This document shows positions 1 to 8,695 of a DNA stretch of 56,272 nt, one piece after another. The DNA lies in IMG/VR virus record IMGVR_UViG_3300031576_000051, positions 1 through 56,272 of that record. One strand, 5' to 3'. The stretch is from a virus (Duplodnaviria > Caudoviricetes). Both the position numbers and the translations under genes were made by a program. The notes beneath the pieces are model-generated. The model made no database searches, was not told where the DNA came from, and worked only from the letters and a program-made list of their open reading frames with translations. Position 1 is the stretch's first letter; every line of letters starts with the position of its first letter.

Positions 1-150
1 ATGTTCGAGCGCATGTACTCCCAAGATTCACATCCCCCTGGGGTAGACCTCCTGATCAGCTACAGCTCGTCTCTCCACGTACGGATTTGGTCAATGAAAA
101 TTTTTTCGTTTTGCGGAGGGGGAACTCCGCCTCGATCTTCTCGTTCGTCA

Positions 151-537
151 TCACGCGACGCCCCTCCTCATGTTCGACTCACGGCTCGTCTTCTTCCCGT
201 GGCAGTTGTGCGGGGTCGAGTAGTCGCAGAGCGACTGGAGGTTGTTCTCATCGAAGAAGAGAGCTTCGTTGCCTAGGTGGGGCTTGACGTGATCAGCCAC
301 TCTCGCAGGCGTCACCCGACCCGCAGCCAGACAGCTCTCGCAGAGCGGCTGCTTGGTCAACTGCCTCACTCGCAGCGCTCTCCACCGTGGAGAGTTGTAG
401 AGGGCCTGACTCTTCTCTCGCAACGGATCGCTCACGGTTGATCGAGTGGAGTCGCACGCGTCGCAGTACCTCTGACCTCGGGGCACGAGGTTGGGGCATC
501 TCATCCCAGCGCATGGATGCTTAGGTGAGGTGGGCAT
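151..537 (-). CDS. Packaging-associated HNH endonuclease (HK97 gp74-like)
   Basis: PLCESC...ADHVKPHLG...NLQSLC...CHGKKT motif. Lies just upstream of the small terminase if the window ends are joined. Confidence 0.9.
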   Translation of the reverse strand: MPTSPKHPCAGMRCPNLVPRGQRYCDACDSTRSTVSDPLREKSQALYNSPRWRALRVRQLTKQPLCESCLAAGRVTPARVADHVKPHLGNEALFFDENNLQSLCDYSTPHNCHGKKTSRESNMRRGVA

Positions 538-540
538 CTC

Positions 541-1026
541 TCATGCTCTCATGCATACGCGTGCGATACGCCTCTCTGCGTTGGGAGGGGCACTCCACCC
601 CATCGACTCAAGGAGAGTGGCGGCGCTCTTGATGAATGCCTTCTTCCTGTAGAGGTATAGGTCATCGTCCTCGGATGAGCACTGCACCAGACGCACGCCG
701 TCCCTAAAAAGGAAGTTCACCAGGTCGTCTCCTGTCTTGAGCACGCGCTCGAGCCCCTCAAGCGCCGGCTCCAAGGAAGGAGCGAACTCTCCCCCCTCGA
801 ACCTGAGGAGGTTGCCAGCCATCATGCTTTCGCCGATCGTTCCTTCCACCTTCTTCTTCCTCTGCAGCCTCTTGAAGTGCGCACAGCACAGGCCACGTCT
901 GAACACCGCTCTCTTGCAACTATCCTGCGAGCAGCGGACACCGCTCCGTTCGAAGCGTGCAGTTGGGCCATTGGTCTTGTAGAAGCGTGAACGTTTTGAA
1001 CGTTTGGTCTTCCTCGCGATCGACAA
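541..1026 (-). CDS. Hypothetical protein with Cys/His (Zn-binding-like) motif
   Basis: 161-aa ORF abutting the HNH gene; CSQDSC...GLCCAH. Start uncertain. Confidence 0.55.
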   Translation of the reverse strand: MSIARKTKRSKRSRFYKTNGPTARFERSGVRCSQDSCKRAVFRRGLCCAHFKRLQRKKKVEGTIGESMMAGNLLRFEGGEFAPSLEPALEGLERVLKTGDDLVNFLFRDGVRLVQCSSEDDDLYLYRKKAFIKSAATLLESMGWSAPPNAERRIARVCMRA

Positions 1027-1308
1027 ACGACAACGCCCTCCGACTGATCAAGCTACGCGCTTGAGCCTCAAATCGTCCAGGGCAATGCAGGACATCGGAG
1101 GAGGGGGAGGGACCGCGGCCGCGTTCAAGGTTCATTGAACGCTTTCTTCAAATGTCATTCTGTATTCTAGATTCCGGCTCTCCTAATCTCTTATAGGGGT
1201 CTACTCTTAAGGTTAAGGAGGTATATATAGTACGAACTCGATTTCACCAGAACTCGGAATTGGGCAATGAAAGACGTAATCGAACGCAGTTTTCAGAGGA
1301 GAAACAAC
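1027..1308. promoter_or_regulatory. AT-rich divergent control region between late (-) and early (+) arms
   Basis: Non-coding, visibly AT-rich (e.g. GGTATATATAGTAC), flanked by divergent ORFs. Confidence 0.55.
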
Positions 1309-1596
1309 ATGAAAAAGATGAAGATTAAGTTGCTCGGTGATGAGGAAAAGAACGTCATCGCGCGAAGTCGCTTCTCACTTTATGATCTCGTCGAGATCTT
1401 CCGCCTCCCTTTCGCGACCAAAAAGACCCTCGCAAAGGTCCTCGACTGGCCAGAATTGGGGGACGCCTTGGCCATCCCGCAGATAGCTTTGACGGCGGAC
1501 GGAAGAGGTTCTCACTGGGCAGCGAAGCGACGCGCGCAGGAGGCCGCTGAGCGCGGATTCCCCTCGCCCGCCGAACGCAAGAAGCCCCGGTACTAG
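1309..1596 (+). CDS. Hypothetical basic protein
   Basis: ATG at 1309 preceded by GAGGAG SD; first gene of the + arm. Confidence 0.6.
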   Translation: MKKMKIKLLGDEEKNVIARSRFSLYDLVEIFRLPFATKKTLAKVLDWPELGDALAIPQIALTADGRGSHWAAKRRAQEAAERGFPSPAERKKPRY

Positions 1597-1667
1597 ATTG
1601 TCGTCGCCCGAGATGCCTAGAACGCGAGCCCCTAAACGAAGTGCCCCGTAGCTGAGGAGGGAATCAC

Positions 1668-2522
1668 ATGACGATGAAGAAACTGCTCGCCGAGATTCGC
1701 GAGCTGACGGAGAGCGTGCGTTCGTGCGGCTGTGCACCCAAGCTCTGCGAGGTGTGCAAGGCGAACCTGGACAGGCTCGACTTCAAGTCGCGCGACGCGG
1801 AGGACCGCTTGGAAGAGGAGGCCAGTCGCTACGACCTTCGCTCCAGGTCTCATGCGACGGCTCGCAACGCCAGGAATGAGGGCGTCGCGAGCGACAACCA
1901 CGCGGAGGCCGTTCTCTCCCGCGGCGCCGCCAACGCGCTACGTGCCTTGCTCGACGGCCCGACGTTCGAGCGTGACAAGCGTGACAAGCGTGACAAGCCC
2001 TCTCCTCCCCCTCCGCCCGGAACGTTCCACGAGGTCGCCGACCTGCTACGCGCCGAGGCCTCCGCCTCCCCTCCGCCTCGCACCTTCTGGGCGGACGGTC
2101 GCGACGTCCTGACGGGGGAGCACGAGGCAGACATCGGAATCGTCGCCACGTGCGCAGACAAGGAAGGGGCGAGGGCCGTCGCCGACCTGCTCGAGCACGC
2201 CGCCGGACACGGCGACCACGGGAGAGGAGACGGCTCTGGGCCAGACGACCCTGACTGCCCCTGCCGAGGAACGACGCACCAAGGGCCTTGCGCGAGGGCG
2301 GGCTGCGGATTCTGCCTCTCCGCTTCGACGACCGTGAAAGGCCGCTTCGTCTCCGAAGCACGATGGACGAAGATCAAGGCTCTCAAGGACGCGGCCGAAG
2401 TCAAGCTCAACCATATCGTCGCGTGCGTCGAGGTCTGGGACAGGTCGGGCATCGGAAGGCCCAAGGCCATCGAGCGAACCGCCGAGGAGCTACGTGCGCT
2501 GATCTCGGAGGCGATCCCGTGA
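1668..2522 (+). CDS. Hypothetical protein (Cys-rich motifs)
   Basis: Strong SD; stop overlaps primase start (GTGA). Confidence 0.7.
   Translation: MTMKKLLAEIRELTESVRSCGCAPKLCEVCKANLDRLDFKSRDAEDRLEEEASRYDLRSRSHATARNARNEGVASDNHAEAVLSRGAANALRALLDGPTFERDKRDKRDKPSPPPPPGTFHEVADLLRAEASASPPPRTFWADGRDVLTGEHEADIGIVATCADKEGARAVADLLEHAAGHGDHGRGDGSGPDDPDCPCRGTTHQGPCARAGCGFCLSASTTVKGRFVSEARWTKIKALKDAAEVKLNHIVACVEVWDRSGIGRPKAIERTAEELRALISEAIP
1971..1997 (+). repeat. 9-bp tandem repeat (CGTGACAAG)x3, encodes RDK x3
   Basis: Read directly from the sequence. Confidence 0.9.
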
Positions 2523-4540
2523 GCGAGACGAAGGAGGCGCTCGCGAAGGCGAAGTGGAGAAGCTCCGGGCTCACCGACGCGCAGGCCAAGGTCCTTCGGC
2601 TGAAGGCGCTGACGCGGGAGGAGTCGGGCAGGAGGGCGCCCAAGTTCGCGGACACCGCCTCCTTGCTCATCCCCTACTTCGACGAAGGGGGAAGGCCGAC
2701 GACCTTCTACCGCCTCCGCAGGCTCGAGGCGCCCCAGGGCTTCGCGGCGGTGAGCGGGAAGGTTCAGCGCTACGCTCAAGGAGCGGGCACGGCGCCCGAG
2801 GTCTACCTGCCGCCCCTGAACCGGCGAGCCTGGCGCGACGTGCTCGCGGACCCCAAGCAGCCGCTGCTGTTCACCGAAGGGGAGCTGAAGGCTGCGTGCG
2901 CTTGTGCGCGAGGGTTCTGGTGCATCGGCCTCGGCGGCGTGGACTCCTGGAGGAGCCGCAAGAAGTTCATCGACCTGCTCGAGGTGCTCGCCCTGGCGAA
3001 CTGGACGGGCAGGACGGTGACCATCGTCTACGACTCCGACGCGGCGACGAACCCCGACGTGATGCGCGCGGCACACGGCTTGGGGGGAGAGCTGCGGGCC
3101 CGCGGCGCCGAGGTCCACGTGGCCTCCCTCCCCGCCGCCAAGGACGGAGCCAAGCAGGGCCTCGACGACTTCCTCGTGAACCGCGGGCGCGATGCCTTCG
3201 TCTCCGTGCTCGAGGATGCGGAGCCGCTCGAGGAGGGCGATCCGCTGTGGAAGCTGAACGAGGAGGTCGTCTTCGTGCGCGACCCCGGCCTCGTGATGGT
3301 GCGCGAGACTTCCCAGAAGCTCGGGCCCGACCCCTTCCAGCGGCACCACTACGTGAACAGGCGTCATCAGGTGATCGACGCGGACGGGAAGCCCAAGCTC
3401 GTCGAGACCGCGAAGGAGTGGCTACGCTGGCCTCACCGCTTCGAGGTCCAGCGGCTCACCTACGAGCCCGGCAGGCCGCAGATCCACGAGGGTTCGTTCA
3501 ACACGTGGAAGGGCTTGGGCGTGGAGCCCGAGAAGGGGGACGTGCGGCCGTTCGTCGACCTCGTGGAGTTCGTCTTCGACGGGCTGACGAAGGAACAGCT
3601 GCGATGGTTCTGGCAGTGGATGGCCTGGCCGCTCCAGAACCTCGGCGACAAGATGTACAGCTGCGTCGCGGTCTGGTCGCCCGTCCACGGGGTCGGGAAG
3701 TCCCTCGTCGCCTACGTGCTGAAGGACGTCTACGGGTCGAACGGCCATGAGATCCGCAACAAGGACCTCGGCAGCTCCTTCAACGCGTACGTGGAGAACA
3801 AGCAGTTCATCATCGGGGACGAGATAACGGGCGACGACTCCCGCGGCTTCGCCGACCAGCTGAAGGGACTCATCACGCAGGAGGAGGTGCGGGTCAACGC
3901 GAAGTACGTGCCCGAGTACACCGTGACGGACAGGGCCAACTGGTTCTTCACGTCGAACCACGCCGATGCGTTCTACCTCGACGATTCCGACCGCCGCTTC
4001 TTCGTCCATCACGCGAAGGGTCAGCCCCGAGGGAGGGACTTCTACAAGCGCATCGACCGCTGGCGGCATCGGGAGGACGGGCCCGCTCGTCTCCTCCGCC
4101 ATCTGCTCGAGGAGGTTGACTGCAGGGACTTCGATCCGAAGGGCCACGCTCCGGTCACCGCGGCCAAGGAGGCGATGCAGTACGACGCCAAGTCCGAGGT
4201 GGCCAGGTGGGTGGCGGACCTCAAGAACGACCCCGCGAAGGTCCTCAAGGTCGGCGAGATGCCCGTGAGGAAGGACCTGTTCAGCCCTTCGGAGCTGCTA
4301 GCCATCTTCGACCCCACCGGCATCAAGGGGGTGAAGGCGAACGGACTGGGGCGCGAGCTTGTCAAGGCCTTCGCGCGCCTGCCGAAGAACGCGACGAGCA
4401 GCCACGGCTCGCAGAACCTCTACGCCGTGAGGAATGAGAAGCGATGGCTGGATGCCTCGCCCGCCGAGAGGGCCAAGCACTGGGAGCTAGGAGGCGGCGC
4501 CGCCGCGTTCGAGCCGAAGAAGGAGAGGAGGAAGTATTGA
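2519..4540 (+). CDS. Primase-helicase (TOPRIM DUF3854-like + DUF5906/SF3-like NTPase)
   Basis: TEGELKA and VYDSD TOPRIM motifs; Walker A HGVGKS, Walker B IIGDE, FTSN, DRRF. Confidence 0.9.
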   Translation: MSETKEALAKAKWRSSGLTDAQAKVLRLKALTREESGRRAPKFADTASLLIPYFDEGGRPTTFYRLRRLEAPQGFAAVSGKVQRYAQGAGTAPEVYLPPLNRRAWRDVLADPKQPLLFTEGELKAACACARGFWCIGLGGVDSWRSRKKFIDLLEVLALANWTGRTVTIVYDSDAATNPDVMRAAHGLGGELRARGAEVHVASLPAAKDGAKQGLDDFLVNRGRDAFVSVLEDAEPLEEGDPLWKLNEEVVFVRDPGLVMVRETSQKLGPDPFQRHHYVNRRHQVIDADGKPKLVETAKEWLRWPHRFEVQRLTYEPGRPQIHEGSFNTWKGLGVEPEKGDVRPFVDLVEFVFDGLTKEQLRWFWQWMAWPLQNLGDKMYSCVAVWSPVHGVGKSLVAYVLKDVYGSNGHEIRNKDLGSSFNAYVENKQFIIGDEITGDDSRGFADQLKGLITQEEVRVNAKYVPEYTVTDRANWFFTSNHADAFYLDDSDRRFFVHHAKGQPRGRDFYKRIDRWRHREDGPARLLRHLLEEVDCRDFDPKGHAPVTAAKEAMQYDAKSEVARWVADLKNDPAKVLKVGEMPVRKDLFSPSELLAIFDPTGIKGVKANGLGRELVKAFARLPKNATSSHGSQNLYAVRNEKRWLDASPAERAKHWELGGGAAAFEPKKERRKY

Positions 4541-4770
4541 TGGATTCCGTGAGAGAGATGTTTCTCGTCTACGTGCCGTTGCCGATGAAGGGCACCCGCT
4601 GCGGAGAGAGGCGTAGCATGTGGCGAGATGACGTGGTGGCCGCGAGCTGTCAGACCCGCGACGGCGCCGAGGCCGCGGTGCGGTTGTTGGGTGAGGGGGA
4701 GATCCACCGAATCCCGTGGCCTCCGAGGGAGGAGACGGGCGGCGGATGTTGGTGCGGAGACGACGACTAA
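4540..4770 (+). CDS. Hypothetical protein
   Basis: TGATG coupling with primase stop; SD present. Confidence 0.5.
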   Translation: MDSVREMFLVYVPLPMKGTRCGERRSMWRDDVVAASCQTRDGAEAAVRLLGEGEIHRIPWPPREETGGGCWCGDDD

Positions 4771-4774
4771 GGGG

Positions 4775-4803
4775 TGGACGTTTCGTAATCCAACGATTAC
4801 GAC
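4775..4803 (+). promoter_or_regulatory. Putative sigma70-like promoter TGGACG-17-TACGAC
   Basis: Intergenic; same spacing to the downstream GCTGAGG motif as at 19561. Confidence 0.4.
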
Positions 4804-4847
4804 GGTTCGGTCCTCGCCCTTAGGCGAGGCGCTGAGGAGGAAGAGAC

Positions 4848-5042
4848 ATGGACGAGTTAGCTGAGAGGCGGAGGGCCGAGCGGGTGAAGCAGACGTGCAT
4901 CCGATTCGGCTCCGCGGCGAAGAGGTACATCGAGGCGGCCGAAGCCGGGCACGTCAAGACGATGCTCGCGGAGGGCGTGGGAGTCCAGGCCGCGATGGAG
5001 GACGTCGCGAAGGCGGTGACGGGAACGGAGGTCACGCCGTGA
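4848..5042 (+). CDS. Hypothetical protein
   Basis: GAGGAGG SD; coupled to next ORF. Confidence 0.6.
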   Translation: MDELAERRRAERVKQTCIRFGSAAKRYIEAAEAGHVKTMLAEGVGVQAAMEDVAKAVTGTEVTP

Positions 5043-5269
5043 ACGGATTCTCTCTGTTCGCGATGGCGGCGGAGGAGGTCAAGGGCGCCGACGAGGCGAG
5101 GCGTCTCCTGCGAGACTTCTCCCCGCTCGCCCTCGCCACCATCGCGGCCTGGCTCAACGCGGCGCTGCTGAAGGGGGCCGAGCAAGGCGTCGGCCCGTCC
5201 AAGGAGCTGCTAGAGCACATGCAGACGAAGGCGCAGGAGGCGATCGCTCACCTGAGGGTTCATCCATGA
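5039..5269 (+). CDS. Hypothetical protein
   Basis: GTGA overlap; codon usage typical of the genome. Confidence 0.6.
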   Translation: MNGFSLFAMAAEEVKGADEARRLLRDFSPLALATIAAWLNAALLKGAEQGVGPSKELLEHMQTKAQEAIAHLRVHP

Positions 5270-5514
5270 GCGAGCCGCTGGGGCAGACGCGCGGGGAGTT
5301 CTCCGTCTACTTCTGGACGGACCCCAAGGGGCCTTACCAGGTGGAGAAGCGATGGGTGACGGCCGATGAGGCGACGAGCGCCGCGCGAAGGCTCGTGATG
5401 GGACCCGCGGCGAAGCTCGGCATGGTGAGGAAGGTCATCATCACCGACGCGCTCGACTGCTGCAACTTCCACTGGGAGGACGACAGGATCCTCTTCCCGA
5501 GGGCGGCGCCGTGA
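5266..5514 (+). CDS. Hypothetical protein
   Basis: ATGA overlap; typical codon usage. Confidence 0.65.
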   Translation: MSEPLGQTRGEFSVYFWTDPKGPYQVEKRWVTADEATSAARRLVMGPAAKLGMVRKVIITDALDCCNFHWEDDRILFPRAAP

Positions 5515-5726
5515 GCCTTCGCGAGGACGGGCGCAAGGGAACGCTGCGCATCGAGGTGGACGTCAGGGAGGCCCTCGCGATCCGCCGGCACGTCGGAGAG
5601 TGCATGGTCTGCTTCATCGCGGAGATGCCCGTCTGTTCGGAAGGCGTCGCGATGGTGGAGGACGCGCTCGACGTTGCGGGTCTGTACGACCTGCAGCGCG
5701 AGACTGCGGAGGGAGCGAAGAGGTGA
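5511..5726 (+). CDS. Hypothetical protein
   Basis: GTGA overlaps at both ends; CxxC. Confidence 0.55.
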   Translation: MSLREDGRKGTLRIEVDVREALAIRRHVGECMVCFIAEMPVCSEGVAMVEDALDVAGLYDLQRETAEGAKR

Positions 5727-6013
5727 ATCCGAAGCGCAGGGCGGCGGCCATCGTGGTGACGGCGTTGGACGAGTGGTGCGTGAGGTACATGGAAGGAGCC
5801 GAGCCGAAGGTCGAGGTCGAGGTGAGGCTGGAGATAGAGCGCATCAAGGACGTGTACGCGAACCTCGCCACGGTCGTCGACCCGCACTTTCCCGAAGACT
5901 GGACGCCGGGAGATCCGCCCATCGGCGAGTGCAACTGCGACGAGTGCGTGAGGAAGAAGGTGGCGGCGGCGAAGGCGGCAGGACGACTGAAGGACCCGAC
6001 GAAGGAAGGCTGA
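5723..6013 (+). CDS. Hypothetical protein (CxCxxC)
   Basis: GTGA overlap; typical codon usage. Confidence 0.6.
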   Translation: MNPKRRAAAIVVTALDEWCVRYMEGAEPKVEVEVRLEIERIKDVYANLATVVDPHFPEDWTPGDPPIGECNCDECVRKKVAAAKAAGRLKDPTKEG

Positions 6014-6021
6014 GGGAGGAC

Positions 6022-6678
6022 ATGGACATGTTGACGTTCAAGACGGTGGAGGCTCTCGTGAGGGGCGTGCTCGAGGACGCGCTCGCGGAGGCGAACGAGG
6101 CGAAGGACCTGAGCGCCGAGGAGCCGAGCGGCAGGTGGACGCTGCAGGGCTTCGGGATGCTGCGGCGCTACTTCCCGGGCGACTGGCGGCTGAACGTCTG
6201 GGACTCTCGGCTGCGGGTTCTCAACGTCAGCCTCGTCCACGACCACCCGTGGCACTTCGAGTCGTTGGTCTTGAGCGGAGGCCTTAGGAACGTGCGCTTC
6301 CTCGAGTTCCTCCCGACCGATTCCTTGCTCGAGGCCATCAAGGGGGACAGGCGGCTGCATCGCTGGAGTCGGCTCAAGCCAGGAGCGGGAGGAGGCCTGC
6401 TCGCGGACGGAGGGGCGGTCGTGCTCGTGGAGAAGGTGTCCGAGGCCTACGGGCCCGGCTTCGCGTACTCCCAACAAAGGGATGAGATCCACCTGTCCGA
6501 CCCCACCGACGGCTGCGTGACCTTGAATCGCCGCTTTGACAGGCTCGAGGCCGACGTGGCTCGGGTCTTCTGGCCCGACGGCACCGAGTGGGTGAGCGCC
6601 GAGCCCAGGCCTGCGACGGCGGGAGAGCTGAAGTCTGCGCTCGAGGTCGCCCTGACCGGATGGGGGACCGTTCCATGA
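6022..6678 (+). CDS. Cupin-like metal-binding protein
   Basis: VHDHPWHFESLVLSGG plus a distal His (EIH) match the cupin/cysteine-dioxygenase-like pattern. Confidence 0.6.
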   Translation: MDMLTFKTVEALVRGVLEDALAEANEAKDLSAEEPSGRWTLQGFGMLRRYFPGDWRLNVWDSRLRVLNVSLVHDHPWHFESLVLSGGLRNVRFLEFLPTDSLLEAIKGDRRLHRWSRLKPGAGGGLLADGGAVVLVEKVSEAYGPGFAYSQQRDEIHLSDPTDGCVTLNRRFDRLEADVARVFWPDGTEWVSAEPRPATAGELKSALEVALTGWGTVP

Positions 6679-6917
6679 ACGCGGCGGCGCACTGGGAGAG
6701 CATCTTCAAGGAGAAGGTGAAGAAGTACCGTTCGGACATGCACGCGATGCCGAACGCGTACCTGAGACGCACGAGATTCGTGGAGCTGCTGCGGCAGATC
6801 GCCGCGGAGGGCGACCCCGAGGGCAGGCACATCGACATGGACGCTCTGCTGCTCGCGCGGCTGGACGACGACGAGGCGACGGAGGTCTTCGTGGCCTGCG
6901 AGAGGTGGTACTCGTGA
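6675..6917 (+). CDS. Hypothetical protein
   Basis: ATGA overlap; ends in WYS. Confidence 0.6.
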   Translation: MNAAAHWESIFKEKVKKYRSDMHAMPNAYLRRTRFVELLRQIAAEGDPEGRHIDMDALLLARLDDDEATEVFVACERWYS

Positions 6918-7264
6918 CGAGGGAGGAGGCCTGCGCGACGTTGGGGCTCACGTTCGAGGAGGGGACGGACGAGGCCAAGGTGAGGCTCGCCCATCGCCAG
7001 CGCTCGACCTCCGTCCACCCGGACAGGGGAGGGAGCACGACGGAGATGGCTCGCGTGAACGAGGCCCGCGAGGCGCTGCTCTCGCCCGCAGGCGAGGCGC
7101 CGAAGCGTCGGTGCGTCTGCATCGGATTCAAGAGGAACCCGCTGTGCCGAGCGCACGACGAGGATGAGAAGGAGAAGGAGAGGTCGGAGGGAGCGACGGT
7201 CGAGGCCCTGCGCGGGTGCGTCTGCACGGGCTTCGTCCGCAACCCGTTGTGCAGGGCGCACTGA
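6914..7264 (+). CDS. J-domain (DnaJ-like) protein with two CxC-x7-C-x2-H repeats
   Basis: A..TLGL...VHPDRGGS...MARVNEAREAL J-domain signature with HPD. Confidence 0.8.
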   Translation: MTREEACATLGLTFEEGTDEAKVRLAHRQRSTSVHPDRGGSTTEMARVNEAREALLSPAGEAPKRRCVCIGFKRNPLCRAHDEDEKEKERSEGATVEALRGCVCTGFVRNPLCRAH

Positions 7265-7279
7265 GAAAAGGAGAACGTC

Positions 7280-7960
7280 ATGGCAAAGAAGACCGCGGCG
7301 AAGAAGCTGACGAGCAGGGAGAAGGAGCTGTCCAACCAGGTGAGGACGCTGGCGCGCGAGACGTCGAAGCTGAGGCTGACGCTGGCCGACGTGCTCGGGG
7401 GCTTGGGGTCCGTCGAGGAGAGGATGAAGCGAGTCGAGGCATCGGCGAAGGAGGAGCGGACGAAGCTTTCGGGCTTCATCAAGGACCCGCTGTTCTCCGT
7501 CCCGCAGCACCTGCAGAGGAAGGTCGGCGACCTGGAGGTCAGGGTGTCGAGCTTCGCCACCAAGATGGCGGGCAGGGCCTCCGTGGACCAGGTGGACCGG
7601 CTGAAGTCCGACGTGGCCGAGCTGCGACGAACGGTCACCGAGACGGAGGAGACGGTCGGAGACCACCACGACCGCCTCGTGCTGCTCGAGGACGCGGCCA
7701 CCTCGCCGCAACCGCATGCCTCTCCTCCCGCCCACCCGTCTGCCAAGGCTCCGGAGAAGGCGGACCCCAGACAGACGACCCTCGACGAGAGCATCGCCAG
7801 GGCGAAGGCCAAGGGCGAGACGGGTCAGATGGTCGGCGGGTTGAAGGATGATCCGCTCGACCCTGGAGCGCGGCCGCTTCGCGACCCGACCCCCGAGGAG
7901 GAAGCGGAGATGGACGCGGCCGTCATCCCTCCGCCCGAGGCGGAAGGGGCGACCACATGA
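7280..7960 (+). CDS. Coiled-coil hypothetical protein
   Basis: AAGGAG SD; heptad-like sequence. Confidence 0.7.
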   Translation: MAKKTAAKKLTSREKELSNQVRTLARETSKLRLTLADVLGGLGSVEERMKRVEASAKEERTKLSGFIKDPLFSVPQHLQRKVGDLEVRVSSFATKMAGRASVDQVDRLKSDVAELRRTVTETEETVGDHHDRLVLLEDAATSPQPHASPPAHPSAKAPEKADPRQTTLDESIARAKAKGETGQMVGGLKDDPLDPGARPLRDPTPEEEAEMDAAVIPPPEAEGATT

Positions 7961-8292
7961 GAGGGAGCGGACTCTACCCGCGGCAGGTCGAAGCGTTGGC
8001 GCTCGTCTATTCGCACGCTCATCCGATCGTGTCGGTGACGAAGGCGAGGCAAATATTCAAGCAGCAGTCGAGAGAGGGAAACGATGGCCGTATCCGAGTT
8101 CTCGGGTCGAAGGCTCTCGGCGAGAACGTGATCTGTGAAGCCTGGAGATTCGTCAACGAAGAACTGGGCTACAAGGGGAGGAAGGACGGCTACGAGATCG
8201 TGGTGTGGCAAGGTTGTCCGGACGTCGCCCCATTCAGTGAGTTGGTTCGTGAGATGCTGGAAAAACTCGAGGTCAAAAGGAGGAGGTCATGA
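7957..8292 (+). CDS. Hypothetical protein
   Basis: ATGA overlaps on both sides; looks lower in GC than neighbours. Confidence 0.6.
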   Translation: MRGSGLYPRQVEALALVYSHAHPIVSVTKARQIFKQQSREGNDGRIRVLGSKALGENVICEAWRFVNEELGYKGRKDGYEIVVWQGCPDVAPFSELVREMLEKLEVKRRRS

Positions 8293-8666
8293 AGATCCCC
8301 AAGGCCATCGGAGCGTGCGCCGACCTTCTGTGGAAGCTGCGTCAGGACCGCCTGGCGATTCAGAAGAAGGTCGAGGCCATGGAGAAGGATGAGGTCGCTC
8401 TGCGTGAGCACATCATCCGCACCCTGCCGAAGTCCGAGGCGTCGGGAGTCTCGGGCCGGCTGGCGAACGTCCGCATCGTCTCCGACGAGGTGCCGACCGT
8501 GAAGAACTGGGAGGCCTTCTACGCGTACGTGCGCAAGACGGGCTCCTTCGACCTGCTGCAGCGGAGGCTCGCCAAGGAGGCGGTGAACGAAAGGCTCGAG
8601 GACCGGGTGAAGCTGCCCGGCGTCGAGGTGATCAAGATCCCGAAGGTGTCGTTAACGAAGGCGTGA
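8289..8666 (+). CDS. Conserved phage replication-module protein
   Basis: Coiled coil + V.NWEAFYAYV...FDLLQRRL...LPGV, typical of genes preceding SSB in PolA siphoviruses. Confidence 0.65.
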   Translation: MKIPKAIGACADLLWKLRQDRLAIQKKVEAMEKDEVALREHIIRTLPKSEASGVSGRLANVRIVSDEVPTVKNWEAFYAYVRKTGSFDLLQRRLAKEAVNERLEDRVKLPGVEVIKIPKVSLTKA

Positions 8667-8695
8667 CGCGGTTCAACCCAAGAAGGAGAAGGCAC

